Shown: positions 18,748 to 29,739, counted from the first letter of the stretch. The stretch: 64,000 nucleotides of DNA from an uncultured delta proteobacterium (GCA_963796055.1 CAWCKH010000004.1:2528001-2592000); one strand, 5' to 3'. The notes: generated by a model from the letters alone, not told the origin. Numbers and translations: made by a program.

Positions 18748-19587
18748 GTGCTACGCCTCGCCCACCTCAGCGACCTCCATCACCAGATCGACTGGCGGAG
18801 GCGCTCGCTCTGGAGCTCGGGGTGGCGCGGAGTCCCGGGACGCTTCGAGCTGCACGCGCTCGGCCGCCTCCGGCGCTTCCTCGGCGTCGAGCAGCGCATC
18901 CAGCGACTGGTCGAGCAGGTGCTCACGCTCGCCCCCGACCGGGTCATCCTCACCGGCGACCTGACCGCCCTGGGCGACGTGTCCGAGCTGCGCCACGCCC
19001 GGGCGCTGCTCGAGCCGTTCATCGCCGCAGGCCTGCTGGTGGTCGTCCCTGGCAACCACGACCGCTACACCGATGCCCGCTCGAGCGCGTTCGAGCTGGT
19101 CTTCGCCGACCTCCTGACCAGCGACCTCCCCGAGCTCGCCGATGCCCGTGGCTATCCATTCGTGAAGCTGGTGGGCGAGCGCCACGCCCTGGTGGGCCTG
19201 GACAGCACCCGGGTCCAGGGCTGGAGCCACTACGTCGTCGGCCGCCTCGGCCAGAGCCAGCTCCGCGCGCTGGCCCGGGTCCTGGAGCATCCGGCACTCG
19301 ACAGGCGCACGGTGCTCCTGCTGGCGCACCACGGGCCCGCCGGGCCTTCGGGCGCCTTCGACTGGAACGAGTCGGGGCTGATCGACGCCGGGGCCCTGCT
19401 GCGCGCCATCCGCCACCGCCCGGTGGTGCTCCTCCACGGGCATTCGCACCACCGCTTCTGGCACCGGGCCCGGTACGGCCGGCCGCACCTCATCGCCGGC
19501 GGCAGCTCCACCGAGCGCCCGGGCTTCTGGGAAGTTCAGGTGGACGATCATCGCGTGCTGGAGGCAGTGGCCCACCCGCTCCGCTAG
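18748..19587 (+). CDS. Calcineurin-like metallophosphoesterase (CpdA/Icc-like)
   Basis: SDLH, TGD, PGNHD, HH and GHSH motifs. Confidence 0.9.
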   Translation: MLRLAHLSDLHHQIDWRRRSLWSSGWRGVPGRFELHALGRLRRFLGVEQRIQRLVEQVLTLAPDRVILTGDLTALGDVSELRHARALLEPFIAAGLLVVVPGNHDRYTDARSSAFELVFADLLTSDLPELADARGYPFVKLVGERHALVGLDSTRVQGWSHYVVGRLGQSQLRALARVLEHPALDRRTVLLLAHHGPAGPSGAFDWNESGLIDAGALLRAIRHRPVVLLHGHSHHRFWHRARYGRPHLIAGGSSTERPGFWEVQVDDHRVLEAVAHPLR

Positions 19588-19627
19588 GTCAGGGCGGCCG
19601 CAGTCACCTATGGCCGACAGGGCGCAG

Positions 19628-20308
19628 TCAGCGCATTCGAGGGGCGGCGGGCAGGCCCCAGCCGTTGCGCGGACCTCCGCGGTATTCGGGAATCCAGAAG
19701 AACACCCCGGTCAGCGCCACGGCCAGACCGAGCCCGGAGACCACGTCCACCAGGTAGTGCTGCTTGGTGGTGAGCGTGGACACCGCCACCGCGGTCGCCC
19801 ACGCCACGTAGCCCGCGAAGAGCGATCGCCGGCGATGCCAGAGCGAGAACGCCGCCAGGTACGAGCCTGCGACGTGCATGCTGGGGAGGCAGCTGGTGGG
19901 CGCGTCCACCCCGCGGAGCGAGGACAGGGCCCTCCCGCTCAGCCCGTGCCCGCTGATGGGAAAGGCGTCCCGCGGGAACACCGTGGGCCAGGCGAAGTGG
20001 ATGGCCGCGCCGATCGCCAGCAGGACGAAGTAGGCGCGGACGAACCGCTTCACCTCGTCCCAGCTCTCCGAGACCAGAAAGGCCAGGGACACCAGCAGGT
20101 AGTCGGTGAAGTAGATCCACACCGTCTCCGGCAGGAATGGCACCGAGGCGTCCACCCGCGTCCACCAGAGCTGGCGCGGCTCGACGAGCTGGAGATGGTT
20201 GGGAACCAGGTACAGCACCGCGTTGATGCACATCGCTGCGGCGGCGATGCCCAGCTTCTCCAGCAGTCCGGGCCCCGTCTGCGCACGGGCGGCGGCGAGG
20301 TCGTTCAC
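19628..20308 (-). CDS. PAP2/Aur1-like membrane phosphoesterase
   Basis: Multi-TM protein with PSMHVA and KQHYLVDV catalytic motifs. Confidence 0.82.
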   Translation of the reverse strand: MNDLAAARAQTGPGLLEKLGIAAAAMCINAVLYLVPNHLQLVEPRQLWWTRVDASVPFLPETVWIYFTDYLLVSLAFLVSESWDEVKRFVRAYFVLLAIGAAIHFAWPTVFPRDAFPISGHGLSGRALSSLRGVDAPTSCLPSMHVAGSYLAAFSLWHRRRSLFAGYVAWATAVAVSTLTTKQHYLVDVVSGLGLAVALTGVFFWIPEYRGGPRNGWGLPAAPRMR

Positions 20309-21069
20309 TCGAGCCGGCAGCGGGCCAGGATGCAGGTGACGTTGTCGTTGCCGCCGGCGGCGTTGGCTCGCTCGATGAGCTTGGTGCAGGCCTCCTCCAG
20401 ATCTGCGGTCTCACCGAGCAGCTGCTCCATCTCGGTGTCGGCCACCATGCCCGACAGCCCGTCGGAGCAGAGCAGGAACAGGTCGCCGTCCTGGAGCTCG
20501 AACCGCCCCACGTCCACCTGAACCGTGTCCTTCATTCCCAGCGCACGGACGATGACGTTCTTGTGCGGGAAGGCCTCGATCTCCTCCGGCGACAGCTTCT
20601 TGGCCTTCAGGTAGTCGTTGAGCAGCGAGTGGTCCTCGGTGACCAGCTCCAGCTTCCCCGCCCGGAAGCGGTACACCCGGCTATCCCCCACGTGACCCAC
20701 GTAGACGGACGCCGCTGCAAAGTGCACCGTGGCGATGGTGGTCCCCATCCCCCGATAGTTCGGGTCACCGCTCGCGGCCTCGTAGATGCGGGCGTTGGCG
20801 AGCTTGATTCCGGTGGCCAGCCGGTTCTCGTCGTAGTTCCGGGTCTTGTCCATCTTGAACGGCCAGGTCACGTCCCGGTCGGTGGAGGTGAGGCGGAAGA
20901 ACTCCGCCAGCTCGTCGATGGCGATCCGGCTGGCGATCTCGCCGGCGAAGTGCCCGCCCATGCCGTCGGCCACGCAGTAGAGCTGCTGCTCCGGCATCAC
21001 GAGGAAGCTGTCCTCGTTGATGTTGCGCTTCATGCCGACGTGGCTCTTGCCTGCGACCTCGATGCGCAT
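20305..21069 (-). CDS. pph1: PP2C Ser/Thr phosphatase (Pph1-like)
   Basis: RNINED, VADGMGGH, GMGTT, HVGDSR, LCSDGL, GGNDN, plus the myxobacterial insert TWPFKMDKTRNYDENRL. Confidence 0.85.
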   Translation of the reverse strand: MRIEVAGKSHVGMKRNINEDSFLVMPEQQLYCVADGMGGHFAGEIASRIAIDELAEFFRLTSTDRDVTWPFKMDKTRNYDENRLATGIKLANARIYEAASGDPNYRGMGTTIATVHFAAASVYVGHVGDSRVYRFRAGKLELVTEDHSLLNDYLKAKKLSPEEIEAFPHKNVIVRALGMKDTVQVDVGRFELQDGDLFLLCSDGLSGMVADTEMEQLLGETADLEEACTKLIERANAAGGNDNVTCILARCRLE

Positions 21070-21106
21070 CACGGGAGAATCGTGGACGCTAGCAAAGCCC
21101 GGAGCG

Positions 21107-21616
21107 ATGGATCAAAAACTCATCGAGGCACGACGCATGGCGCTGCTCCGCTCTGTCGATCCTCCATTGCACGTGGTGCTGGTCTCGCCACGCATCCCGC
21201 CGAACACCGGGAACGTCGCCCGGCTGTGCGCGGTCACCGGCTGCCGGCTCGAGCTGGTGGAGCCGCTGGGCTTCTCCATCGCCGACCGCGACCTCAGGCG
21301 CGCCGGGCTCGACTACTGGGACAGGGTGTTCCTGGCCCTGCACGCCGACTGGGAGGCCTACCTCGCCTCGAGCGTCGGCGCCCGGCGCTGGCTCTTCACC
21401 GGCCACGCGGACCTGATGCACTGGGGCGCGCCCTTCACTCCCGGTGACCACCTGGTGTTCGGGTCGGAGCCGGGGGGCCTGCCGCCCTACATCCTCGGGG
21501 GAGGTGAGGGGACCCCGGTGGCCATCCCCATGGTGTCGGGCGTCCGCTCGCTCAACCTCTCGACCGCCGTGGGGATCGGGGTCTACGAAGCGCTCCGGCG
21601 GATCCGGGTAGAGTAG
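21107..21616 (+). CDS. trmL: tRNA (cytidine/uridine-34 2'-O)-methyltransferase (alternative start 21137)
   Basis: PRIPPNTGNVARLC, LRRAGLDYW, FGSE, RSLNLS. Confidence 0.92.
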   Translation: MDQKLIEARRMALLRSVDPPLHVVLVSPRIPPNTGNVARLCAVTGCRLELVEPLGFSIADRDLRRAGLDYWDRVFLALHADWEAYLASSVGARRWLFTGHADLMHWGAPFTPGDHLVFGSEPGGLPPYILGGGEGTPVAIPMVSGVRSLNLSTAVGIGVYEALRRIRVE

Positions 21617-21630
21617 AGGGCCCACCGACG

Positions 21631-24432
21631 ATGGCTCGCCCTTCCCTCCCGCCAGCGGCCGAGGCGCTCTTCCGCGCGCACCAGGACAGGAGCACCGGCT
21701 GGCTCACGCTCCTCTGCAGAGGGCGGGAGGCGAAGCTCTACCTCCAGCACGGAGACCTGGTCGGCGCCCGCCTCGGCTTCGGCCACCAGACCGACGCCCA
21801 GGCCCTGCTCGCCTCGGGCGCGCTCGTTCCTCCGGCGCTCGATCTCCTCTGGTCGCGGAGTCAGCTTGGCGACCCGGCGCGGGTCTGCGAGGCCTCTGGG
21901 GTGGATCCCACCGTCCTCTCGGAGACCCGGGCGCTGGCCTCGGTGCGCCGGGTGGCGACCCTCGCCGAGGAGGCGAGCTTCATGCCCGCGCTGGTGGAGG
22001 TCACCTTCCCCCGCGTCCGGGGAGCTCGGGCGGTGCGGGCCGCCTTCGAGGCGCTGCCGCCGGTGCCGCCGACGTCGTGGGTGCGATGCCGCGACCTGTC
22101 CGCCGCCGAGCCCTTCCTCGCCACGGCCGACGAGCGCACCTTCCTCGCCTCGTTCGCCGAGTTCCGCAGCGCCGACGGGCTGCCGACCGCGCAGTCGGCG
22201 CTGCTCCGCGCGCTGGAACAGGCGGGCCTGGTGGAGATCCTCTCTCCCGAGGAATGGGAAGCGCGCGAGGACGCCGAGCGGGCCGAGGCCGCGCGCCGGG
22301 CCGAGGAGGAGTCTCGCCGGGAGGCGGCGCGCCACGCGCTCGAGGCAGCCCGCGCGGCGGAGGACCGCCGCCAGGCAGAGATGCGCGAGCGCGCCGACGC
22401 GGCCCGCCGCGCCCTCGAGGCGGCGAAGGCGGCGGAGGCCTCGTGGCGCCGGGCCCGCGACGAGAACGGCAGCGGCGAGACCGGCGGGCCGGTGGTGCAC
22501 ACCACCGAGCGCGAGTTCCCCGGCCCTCCGGTGCTCGGCACTCCTCACGAGTTCCCATTTGGGGAGCCCCCCGCCCGGACCACCGCGGTGGAGTTCCACG
22601 CGCTCTCCGAGGACATGCCTCCGCTCGAGCCGCCCCCGGAGGCCGTCGACGAGCCGGCGGTTCCGGTGCTCACCCGCACCACGCTCGCGCCCTTCGAGTC
22701 GCCGGTGCCGAGCACCGACCCGATGGGACTGCCGCCGGTGGCCTCCTCGTTCGGGGACGAGGACACCCTGGTCCGGGCGATGGAGCAGGCGCGCGGTCAC
22801 ACCGACCCGTTCGCGCCGATGCCGCCCGCCCCGCCACCCGGCCGTGGCGAGCCGCCGCCTCCGCCCCCGCCCCGGTCGGGGACCGACCCGTACGCGCCGG
22901 GCGTCCCGCCGGAGGTCCGCCAGACGGACCCCTACGCCCAAGCGTTGCCGCGCCACACGCCGGCGCAGGGCACCGATGAGCTGCCCACGCCTCCCTCGCA
23001 GCCGTTCGCCTTCCCTCCGGCGGCGGCGACGCCCACCCCGCCGGCGGGCACCGACGAGGCCAGGACCCCGCCCGGTGGCATCATGCTCGAGTCCGAGGAG
23101 CTGGTGCTCGAGCCCGAGGCGCTCATCCTCTCCGAGGCGGAGCACGCGCCCACCCCGGCCGCGGGGACGCTGGTCGCCGAGCTCAGCGAGGCGCTCCGGC
23201 GCGCCGGTTCGGATGCGCCCCCGGACCTCTTCCAGGCGCCGAGCACCGAGGCGGTGGGGAGCAAGCCCGCGGAGCGAACCCCGCTGCGGCTCGGCCCCGA
23301 GTCGAGCGAGTCCGACGCCGATCTCTGGAAGCTGATGAGCGGTGCGCGGGCCGAGCAGCCTGGCTCGTTCGAGGCGGCGCTCCGCCAGGTCGACGGGCAG
23401 CTCGAGGCGCTGGCCGGCCTGCGCGCGCCGACCGACCCCGACAACCCCAGCACCGTCCCCCTCGCCACCACCGACCTCGACGCCCTGGTCAGGGCCTCGT
23501 TCGAGTCCGGCGAGTGGACGATGGCGCCGCCGATCCCGGACAAGGACACCAACCGGGACACCGGCCGCATCGGGCTGGCCGCGCTGAGCGGGACGCCGCT
23601 GCCGGGGCCCCCTCCCCCCACCGCGGTGAGCCCCGAGCCGCCGGAGCTGTCCGCCGCCCGCCGCCAGGAGCTGCTCCGCCAGGCCCGGGCCGCGGCCGAG
23701 CGGGAGCCGGTGGCCAGCATCCCCACCCCCCCGCCCCGCTCGCTGGAGGACGCCGAGCTCGCCGATGCAATCGAGGCCCGTCACGCGGCGCTGACGCGCG
23801 ACCCCGACCGGTTCGCGGTGCTGGGTCTGTCGCCCGGGGCCGGCCGCGATGACGTGAAGCGCGCCTTCATCGAGCTGGCGAAGGCGTTCCACCCCGACCG
23901 GCTCCCGCGCTCGCTGCACATGCTCCAGCCCAAGGCGGCGCGGGTGTTCGACGCCATCCGCGAGGCGCAGGAGTTCCTGCTGGACGACGTGCGGCGCGCC
24001 GAGCACGCCGCCGTCCATGCCCAGGGCGGCCCGGCGTACGCGAGCGATCCGGCCGCCGCCGCCGAGGCCCTGGTGGCCGGGGAGATGGCGATGCGCCGGC
24101 GGGAGTACGCCCAGGCCGAGGCCCTCTTCCGCCAGGCCCACGAGGCCGATCCGCGCCCGGCCACGCTCGCCGCCGCGGCCTGGGCGATCTACATGGATCC
24201 CTCGCGGCGGGCCGAGGCCGCGCAGGCCCGGGCGATGATGGTGGACGCGCTCAAGGCCGACCCGGACTGCGATCGCGCCCACTACCAGCTCGGGGTCATC
24301 GCCCGGGTGGAAGGGGACGCGGACCGCGCCGAGAAGCACTTCCGCGAGGCGGTGCGCAGCAACCCCCGCCATCCCGAGGCCGCCCAGGAGCTGCGGTTGC
24401 TAGAGATGCGGCGCCGCCCGCGCAAGCGGTAG
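21631..24432 (+). CDS. Myxobacterial multidomain protein with Pro-rich linker, J-domain and C-terminal TPRs
   Basis: FAVLGL...KRAF..LAKAFHPD (J-domain HPD motif) followed by TPR-like repeats. Confidence 0.85.
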   Translation: MARPSLPPAAEALFRAHQDRSTGWLTLLCRGREAKLYLQHGDLVGARLGFGHQTDAQALLASGALVPPALDLLWSRSQLGDPARVCEASGVDPTVLSETRALASVRRVATLAEEASFMPALVEVTFPRVRGARAVRAAFEALPPVPPTSWVRCRDLSAAEPFLATADERTFLASFAEFRSADGLPTAQSALLRALEQAGLVEILSPEEWEAREDAERAEAARRAEEESRREAARHALEAARAAEDRRQAEMRERADAARRALEAAKAAEASWRRARDENGSGETGGPVVHTTEREFPGPPVLGTPHEFPFGEPPARTTAVEFHALSEDMPPLEPPPEAVDEPAVPVLTRTTLAPFESPVPSTDPMGLPPVASSFGDEDTLVRAMEQARGHTDPFAPMPPAPPPGRGEPPPPPPPRSGTDPYAPGVPPEVRQTDPYAQALPRHTPAQGTDELPTPPSQPFAFPPAAATPTPPAGTDEARTPPGGIMLESEELVLEPEALILSEAEHAPTPAAGTLVAELSEALRRAGSDAPPDLFQAPSTEAVGSKPAERTPLRLGPESSESDADLWKLMSGARAEQPGSFEAALRQVDGQLEALAGLRAPTDPDNPSTVPLATTDLDALVRASFESGEWTMAPPIPDKDTNRDTGRIGLAALSGTPLPGPPPPTAVSPEPPELSAARRQELLRQARAAAEREPVASIPTPPPRSLEDAELADAIEARHAALTRDPDRFAVLGLSPGAGRDDVKRAFIELAKAFHPDRLPRSLHMLQPKAARVFDAIREAQEFLLDDVRRAEHAAVHAQGGPAYASDPAAAAEALVAGEMAMRRREYAQAEALFRQAHEADPRPATLAAAAWAIYMDPSRRAEAAQARAMMVDALKADPDCDRAHYQLGVIARVEGDADRAEKHFREAVRSNPRHPEAAQELRLLEMRRRPRKR

Positions 24433-24774
24433 TCAGGGCGCTTCGCGGACCCAGGCGTCGAGCGCCGCGCGCTCCTCTTTGCCCAGGCGCACGAACTCGA
24501 TCCCCATCCCCGCCGGCTGCTCGGGCCCGGGGAAGCGCCGGACCCAGGCCACCCGGGCCTGTGCCTGCACCGGCGTGGAGCGTCCGGCGATCTGGAACTC
24601 CAGCGACAGCGTCTCGCCCGGCTCGAGCAACAGGTCTGATACGAGGAACGCGCCGCCCGCGGACAGGTCCGCGCCGGACAGATCCAGCGCGCCCAGCCCA
24701 TCCATCCCACCGGCGCGGAACTCCACCGAGAGTGTCCGACGCGCGTGTCGGCGCTTGTCCTCGTGGGTGAGCAC
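24433..24774 (-). CDS. PilZ-domain protein (start approximate)
   Basis: KRRHAR (RxxxR), DLSAGG (D/NxSxxG) and ARVAWVR..GMGIEF. Confidence 0.85.
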   Translation of the reverse strand: MLTHEDKRRHARRTLSVEFRAGGMDGLGALDLSGADLSAGGAFLVSDLLLEPGETLSLEFQIAGRSTPVQAQARVAWVRRFPGPEQPAGMGIEFVRLGKEERAALDAWVREAP

Positions 24775-24810
24775 GGAAAGGTAGCTTACTGATAGCCTTT
24801 GCCGGAGCCC

Positions 24811-27088
24811 ATGGCCAAGCAGCATCTCCTGCTCGTCGACGGCGACCCGAAGAGTCTCCGCGTGATGGAGGTCAGCCTGAAGAAGGCGGGCTTCTCCGTC
24901 ACCACTGCCACGGACGGCAAGGATGCGATCGAGAAGATCCAGATCAGCCCCCCGGACCTGGTGCTTTCGGACACCAGGCTCTCGGAGCTGGATGGGTTCG
25001 AGCTCTGTCGCCGGCTGAAGTCCGACGAGCGGCTGAAGCACATCCCCTTCGTCTTCCTCACCAGCCAGAAAGCCGTGGAATTCAAGGTCCGCGGCCTGGA
25101 GATGGGCGGCGAGGACTACCTGACCAAGCCGATCTACATCAAGGAGATCGTCACCCGGGCGCGGATGATTCTCCAGAAGGCGGAGAAGGAGCGCTTCGAG
25201 CGGCGCGAGACGCGGGGCGGCTTTTCCGGAAGTTTGAGCGACCTCGGGGTGGTGGACCTGGTGCAGACCTTCGAGGTGGGCCGGAAGACGGGGCTGATCC
25301 ACCTCGATGGTGAGCGGTCGGGCACCATCTACTTCCGCGACGGCCGGGTCATCGACGCCGAGCTCGGTCGGCTCGCCGGCGAGAACGCGTTCTACCGGAT
25401 GCTCAACACCTTCGAGGGAAACTTCGAGGTGCAGTTCGTCCCCGTGGACCGCCCGGAGCGCATCGAGGTCTCCACCCAGGGCTTGCTGCTGGAGGGAATG
25501 CGCCGGCTGGACGAGTGGGGCCGGATGCTCGAGCAGCTCCCCCCGCTGGAGACGGTGTTCGAGATCGACTACCGGCAGCTGGCGGAGCGGCTGAGCGAGA
25601 TCCCCGACGAGGTGAACGGGCTGCTCCGGCTCTTCGACGGTCGCCGCTCGCTGGCGCGGGTGGTGGACGACTCCGATTTCGAGGACCTGGCCGCCCTGGG
25701 CATCATCTCCAAGCTGTACTTCGAGGGGCTGGTGCGCGAGGCCGGCGGGACGCCTCCGTTCGGCGCGCGCGAGTCGCGGGCCCTCGGCGGCTGGCTGGAC
25801 GGCACGCCACCGCCGGCGGTGTGGTCGGGGCCGGTCGCGGTCCAGGCGGAATCCGGCGGCGCACACTCCGCCTCCGGGCGCGGTGCCCACCGTGGCGCCG
25901 CTATCGGCCGAGGAGGCGGCGGCCCGCGCGGTGCCAGTGACCAATGGGGCGCCCCTCGCTCCGGCGGAGGCGGTGAACGGCACGGCCGCGCCGGGCAGCG
26001 CGGGCACTCCGGACGAGCCGCTCGCGCCCGCTCCGGACCCGGCCGAGACCCTGCATGCGGATGCCGCCGGCGTGCTGGCGCCGCTGCCAGCTGCCATCGC
26101 CGCGGAGGTGGCGAGCGCCGAGCCCGAGATGCATGCGCTCCTCGGCACCCCCCCGCCCGAGGGTGCGGTGGCGCTGCGGCCGGGCTCGGCGCCGGGCTCG
26201 GCGGACGTGCTCCTCTTCTCCCCGCGTCCGGACGCGATGCCGGCGCGGCTACCGGGCTCGGCGTTCCTCGTGGCGCCCCCTCCGGCGGCGCGGGCGGTGG
26301 AGCAGGCGCAGGCCAAGGCGCTGACCGACTGGGGTCACCCGCCGCCTCCTCCGCCCCCCGCCGTCGCGTCGCCGGCGAGCCCGCCGCTCCGGGAACCGCT
26401 GTTCGGCGGGGCCGCAGAGGAGCCCGATCCACCGGCGCAGGCCGACCCCGCGGAGTCCGAGTCTCCGGAGCCGACGCTCTTCGCCGCGCACACGCCGAGA
26501 CGGAGCGGCCGCTGGATGGTGGTCGCCGTTGCCGTCGCCGCAGTCATCGGGCTGGGCGTCTGGCTGCTGGGGTCCGTTGTGCCGGCGCCGGCCGAGCCCG
26601 CCCCGGTGGCAAGCGCCCCCGAGCCGACCGTGCCCCCGCTCGGGGGCTCTCCGCAGCAGGACACGCCGTCGGCGGAGGAGCCGGGCGAGGCGGATTACCA
26701 GGCCGCGGTTCAGGCCGCGCGCCAGGCGAACGCGGCGAGCAAGTGGGAGCTCGAGGCCGAGGAGTACCGTCGGGCGCTCGCGGTCCGTCCCGCCTCGCTG
26801 GAGGCGAAGGAGGGCCTGGGCGCGGCCATCGTGAAGAGCTCCGGCCGCACCGGCAGCTACCTCGAGGCCGAGCGGCTCCTGGCCGAGGTCGTCACCGCGG
26901 ACGCCGGGCGCTCCCGGGCCTGGCTGGTGCTGGGAATGGCCCGCCAGCTCGGCGCCCGACCCGGCCCGGCCGTCGAGGCCTACCGGCGCTACCTGGAGCT
27001 GGTACCGCAGGGCCCCGTCGCCTCCGACGTGCGGGCGGTGGTGCGCGAGCTGGACCGGAGCGTGGCGCAGCGGCGCCCGGGGCGGTAG
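24811..27088 (+). CDS. Receiver-DUF4388-linker-TM-TPR response regulator, frameshifted near 25850
   Basis: REC domain (LLLVDGD, DLVLSD, FLTS, KP) and GFSGSL..DLVQ..RKTG in the frame of 24811; TM helix and TPR continue in the frame of ORF 25883..27088. Confidence 0.8.
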
Positions 27089-27097
27089 AGCAGGGCG

Positions 27098-28096
27098 GTG
27101 CGCGTCCTCGGCCTCGAGACCTCGTGCGACGAGACGGCGGCTGCCGTGGTGGAGGACGGCCGCCGGGCGCTCTCCGACGTGGTCTCCACCCAGGTGGACA
27201 TCCACCGCCGCTGGGGCGGGGTGGTGCCCGAGCTCGCGAGCCGGAACCACGTGGTCCAGATCATCCCGGTGGTGGATGAGGCGCTCCGGCGCGCGGGGTG
27301 CACCCTGGAGGACCTGGATCTCATCGCCGTCACCCGCGGGCCCGGGCTGCTCGGAGCGCTGCTGGTGGGGGTGCAGCTCGGCAAGTCGCTGTCGGCCGCC
27401 ACTGGCGTTCCCCTGGTGGGGGTCAACCACCTCGAGGGGCACCTGCTCGCCGCGCGACTGCTGCCCACGCCGCCCGAGCCACCCTTCCTCGCCCTGGTCG
27501 TCTCGGGTGGGCACACCAGCCTCTATGCGGTCCGGGAGTTCGGGCAGTACGCACGGGTGGGCAGCACCCGGGACGATGCCGCCGGGGAGGCCTACGACAA
27601 GGTGGCCCGGCTCCTGGGGCTCCCGTACCCCGGCGGGCTCCCCATCGACCGGCTGGCGCAAACCGGTGACCCACGCGCCATCCGCTTCCCCCGCGCGCTG
27701 AACGTGCCCGGCGTCTACGACTGGAGCTTCAGCGGGCTGAAGACCGCGGTGCGAAACCACGTGCGCGTGCACGGGGTGCCACAGGGGCAGGCACTGGCGG
27801 ACACCTGTGCCTCGTTCCAGGAGGCGGTGGCGGACTCGCTCTCGCGCAAGCTGGTGACGGCAGCACGCGCGCTGGGGCAGAAGGACGTGGTGCTCTGTGG
27901 TGGGGTGGCGGCGAACTCGCGCCTCCGGGCGCTCACCCTCGAGCGCGCCGGCGAGCGGGACATCCGGGTGCACCTGCCCCCACCCGCGCTCTGCACCGAC
28001 AACGGGGCGATGATCGCCGTTGCCGGCACCGAGGCCTGGCGCCGCGGCGAGCGGGGCGACGGAGCTCCGGTCGTCGACGCGGGCTGGACGCCATAG
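27098..28096 (+). CDS. tsaD: tRNA t6A threonylcarbamoyltransferase
   Basis: [55 protein letters not shown]. Confidence 0.97.
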   Translation: MRVLGLETSCDETAAAVVEDGRRALSDVVSTQVDIHRRWGGVVPELASRNHVVQIIPVVDEALRRAGCTLEDLDLIAVTRGPGLLGALLVGVQLGKSLSAATGVPLVGVNHLEGHLLAARLLPTPPEPPFLALVVSGGHTSLYAVREFGQYARVGSTRDDAAGEAYDKVARLLGLPYPGGLPIDRLAQTGDPRAIRFPRALNVPGVYDWSFSGLKTAVRNHVRVHGVPQGQALADTCASFQEAVADSLSRKLVTAARALGQKDVVLCGGVAANSRLRALTLERAGERDIRVHLPPPALCTDNGAMIAVAGTEAWRRGERGDGAPVVDAGWTP

Positions 28097-28108
28097 GAGT
28101 CGCTTCCG

Positions 28109-28945
28109 GTGGACTCGCCCCGGAGGATGCTGCAGCAGCACGGACTCCGGCCGAAGCACGCCTGGGGCCAGAACTTCCTCGACGACCCGGCGGTGCTGGC
28201 CGACATCGTCCATGCCGCCCGGCTCGGCCCGGACTCGGTGGTGGTCGAGCTCGGAGCGGGCCTGGGGCACCTCACCCGGGCGCTGCTCGACACCGGGGCG
28301 CGGGTGGTGGCCGTGGAGCGCGACCGAGATCTGCTGCAGATCCTCGAGGGCTGGAAGGCCGAGCGGCTCACGGTGCTCGCCGCCAACGCCGCCCGCCTGG
28401 ACCTCGCGAGGGTGGCGGGGACGCGTCCGCTGACCCTGGTGGGAAACCTGCCGTACCACCTGACCTCGTCCATCCTCTTCGAGGCGCTGGAGCAGCACGG
28501 GGATCTCCTGCGCTGCGTTTTCACCGTGCAGCGGGAGGTCGCCGAGCGGGTGGCGGCGGGGGAGGGCACGCGGAACGGAGGGCTGCTCACGGTCCTGCTC
28601 GGGGTCTGGTTCGACGCCTCCATCGTCCGGACGGTCCCGGCCGCCGCCTTCCATCCGCCGCCGAAGGTGGACTCGGCGGTGCTGCTGCTCGAGCACCGGG
28701 CGGTGCCGCGGGCGGAGGTGGCGGACGAGGCCTTCTTTCGCAAGGTGGTGAAGGCGGCGTTCTCGCAGCGACGGAAGACGCTCCTCAACGCGCTCCAGTC
28801 CGACCGCGAGCTGGGAGACGCTGCCCGCATTCGCGCCGCGCTCGCCGCCGCGGACATCGAGCCCGCGCGCCGCGCCGAGACGCTCGCCGTGGCCGAGTTC
28901 GCACGTCTGGCCGGGGCGTTGAGGCAGCCACCGGGGCGTGGTTGA
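28109..28945 (+). CDS. rsmA: 16S rRNA adenine dimethyltransferase
   Basis: GQNFL, ELGAGLG, GNLPY, PPPKVDS, FSQRRKTL. Confidence 0.95.
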   Translation: MDSPRRMLQQHGLRPKHAWGQNFLDDPAVLADIVHAARLGPDSVVVELGAGLGHLTRALLDTGARVVAVERDRDLLQILEGWKAERLTVLAANAARLDLARVAGTRPLTLVGNLPYHLTSSILFEALEQHGDLLRCVFTVQREVAERVAAGEGTRNGGLLTVLLGVWFDASIVRTVPAAAFHPPPKVDSAVLLLEHRAVPRAEVADEAFFRKVVKAAFSQRRKTLLNALQSDRELGDAARIRAALAAADIEPARRAETLAVAEFARLAGALRQPPGRG

Positions 28946-29592
28946 CTGGCGCCGGCTTGGACCAGCGCTACATCGCCGTCGAGGGGCCCATCGGGGTGGG
29001 GAAGAGCAGCCTGGCGCGCCTCCTCGCCGAGCGCCTGGGGGGCCGTCTGGTGCTGGAAGAGGTGGAGGACAATCCTTTCCTCGCCCGCTTCTACCAGGAC
29101 CGGAGCAGCTGGGCCTTCCAGACCCAGCTCTTCTTCCTCCTGAGCCGCTGGCAGCAGCAGCAGAAGCTGCTCCAGACCGACCTGTTCGCCGCAGCCACGG
29201 TGAGCGACTACGTCTTCGCCAAGGACCGCATCTTCGCCACCCTGACCCTGCAGCCGGCGGAGCTGGCGCTGTACGACCGGGTCTACGACGCGCTGGGCCC
29301 CCGGGTGCCGCAGCCGGACCTGGTCATCTTCCTCCAGTGCCGGCTGGAGGTCCTGCTCCAGCGCATCAAGCGGCGGGGCCGGGACTTCGAGCGGCACTTC
29401 GACCCCGACTACCTCGAGGCGCTCTCCCGCGCGTACAACGACTTCTTCTTCCACTACGCCGACACGCCGCTGCTGGTCATCAACACCAGCGACATCGACT
29501 TCGTCCACAACGCCGCCGACCTGGACAACCTGGTCTCGGTGGTCCGGAAGATGCGCAAGGGCGTCCACCACTACCTGCCCCTGAAAAAGTAG
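28942..29592 (+). CDS. Deoxynucleoside kinase
   Basis: EGPIGVGKSS, NPFL..FY, QLFFLLSR, KDRIFA, RGRDFE. Confidence 0.92.
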   Translation: MTGAGLDQRYIAVEGPIGVGKSSLARLLAERLGGRLVLEEVEDNPFLARFYQDRSSWAFQTQLFFLLSRWQQQQKLLQTDLFAAATVSDYVFAKDRIFATLTLQPAELALYDRVYDALGPRVPQPDLVIFLQCRLEVLLQRIKRRGRDFERHFDPDYLEALSRAYNDFFFHYADTPLLVINTSDIDFVHNAADLDNLVSVVRKMRKGVHHYLPLKK

Positions 29593-29739
29593 TTTCCAGT
29601 GGCACGGGAGCCCTCCGGTGACGATAGATTACCCGTCCCCCGGGGTCGCCGAGCCGTGAGGCCGGTGAACCGACGTCGAAGCAGGGGGAACACAGGTCGG
29701 AACGAACACAACCCGCAGTCCTCAGACGGAGGTGAACCC

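Noticed and set aside
21583..24372. Long antisense ORFs (also 38989..40941, 42365..44632, 47319..49919, 61166..63454)
   Set aside because: Expected stop-poor opposite-strand frames in very GC-rich coding DNA; they mirror well-identified genes and lack domain motifs.
25860..27279. Arg/Gly-rich C-terminus of ORF 24799..27279
   Set aside because: Out-of-frame readthrough after a frameshift; it would overlap tsaD, and the +1 frame encodes a sensible TM-TPR.
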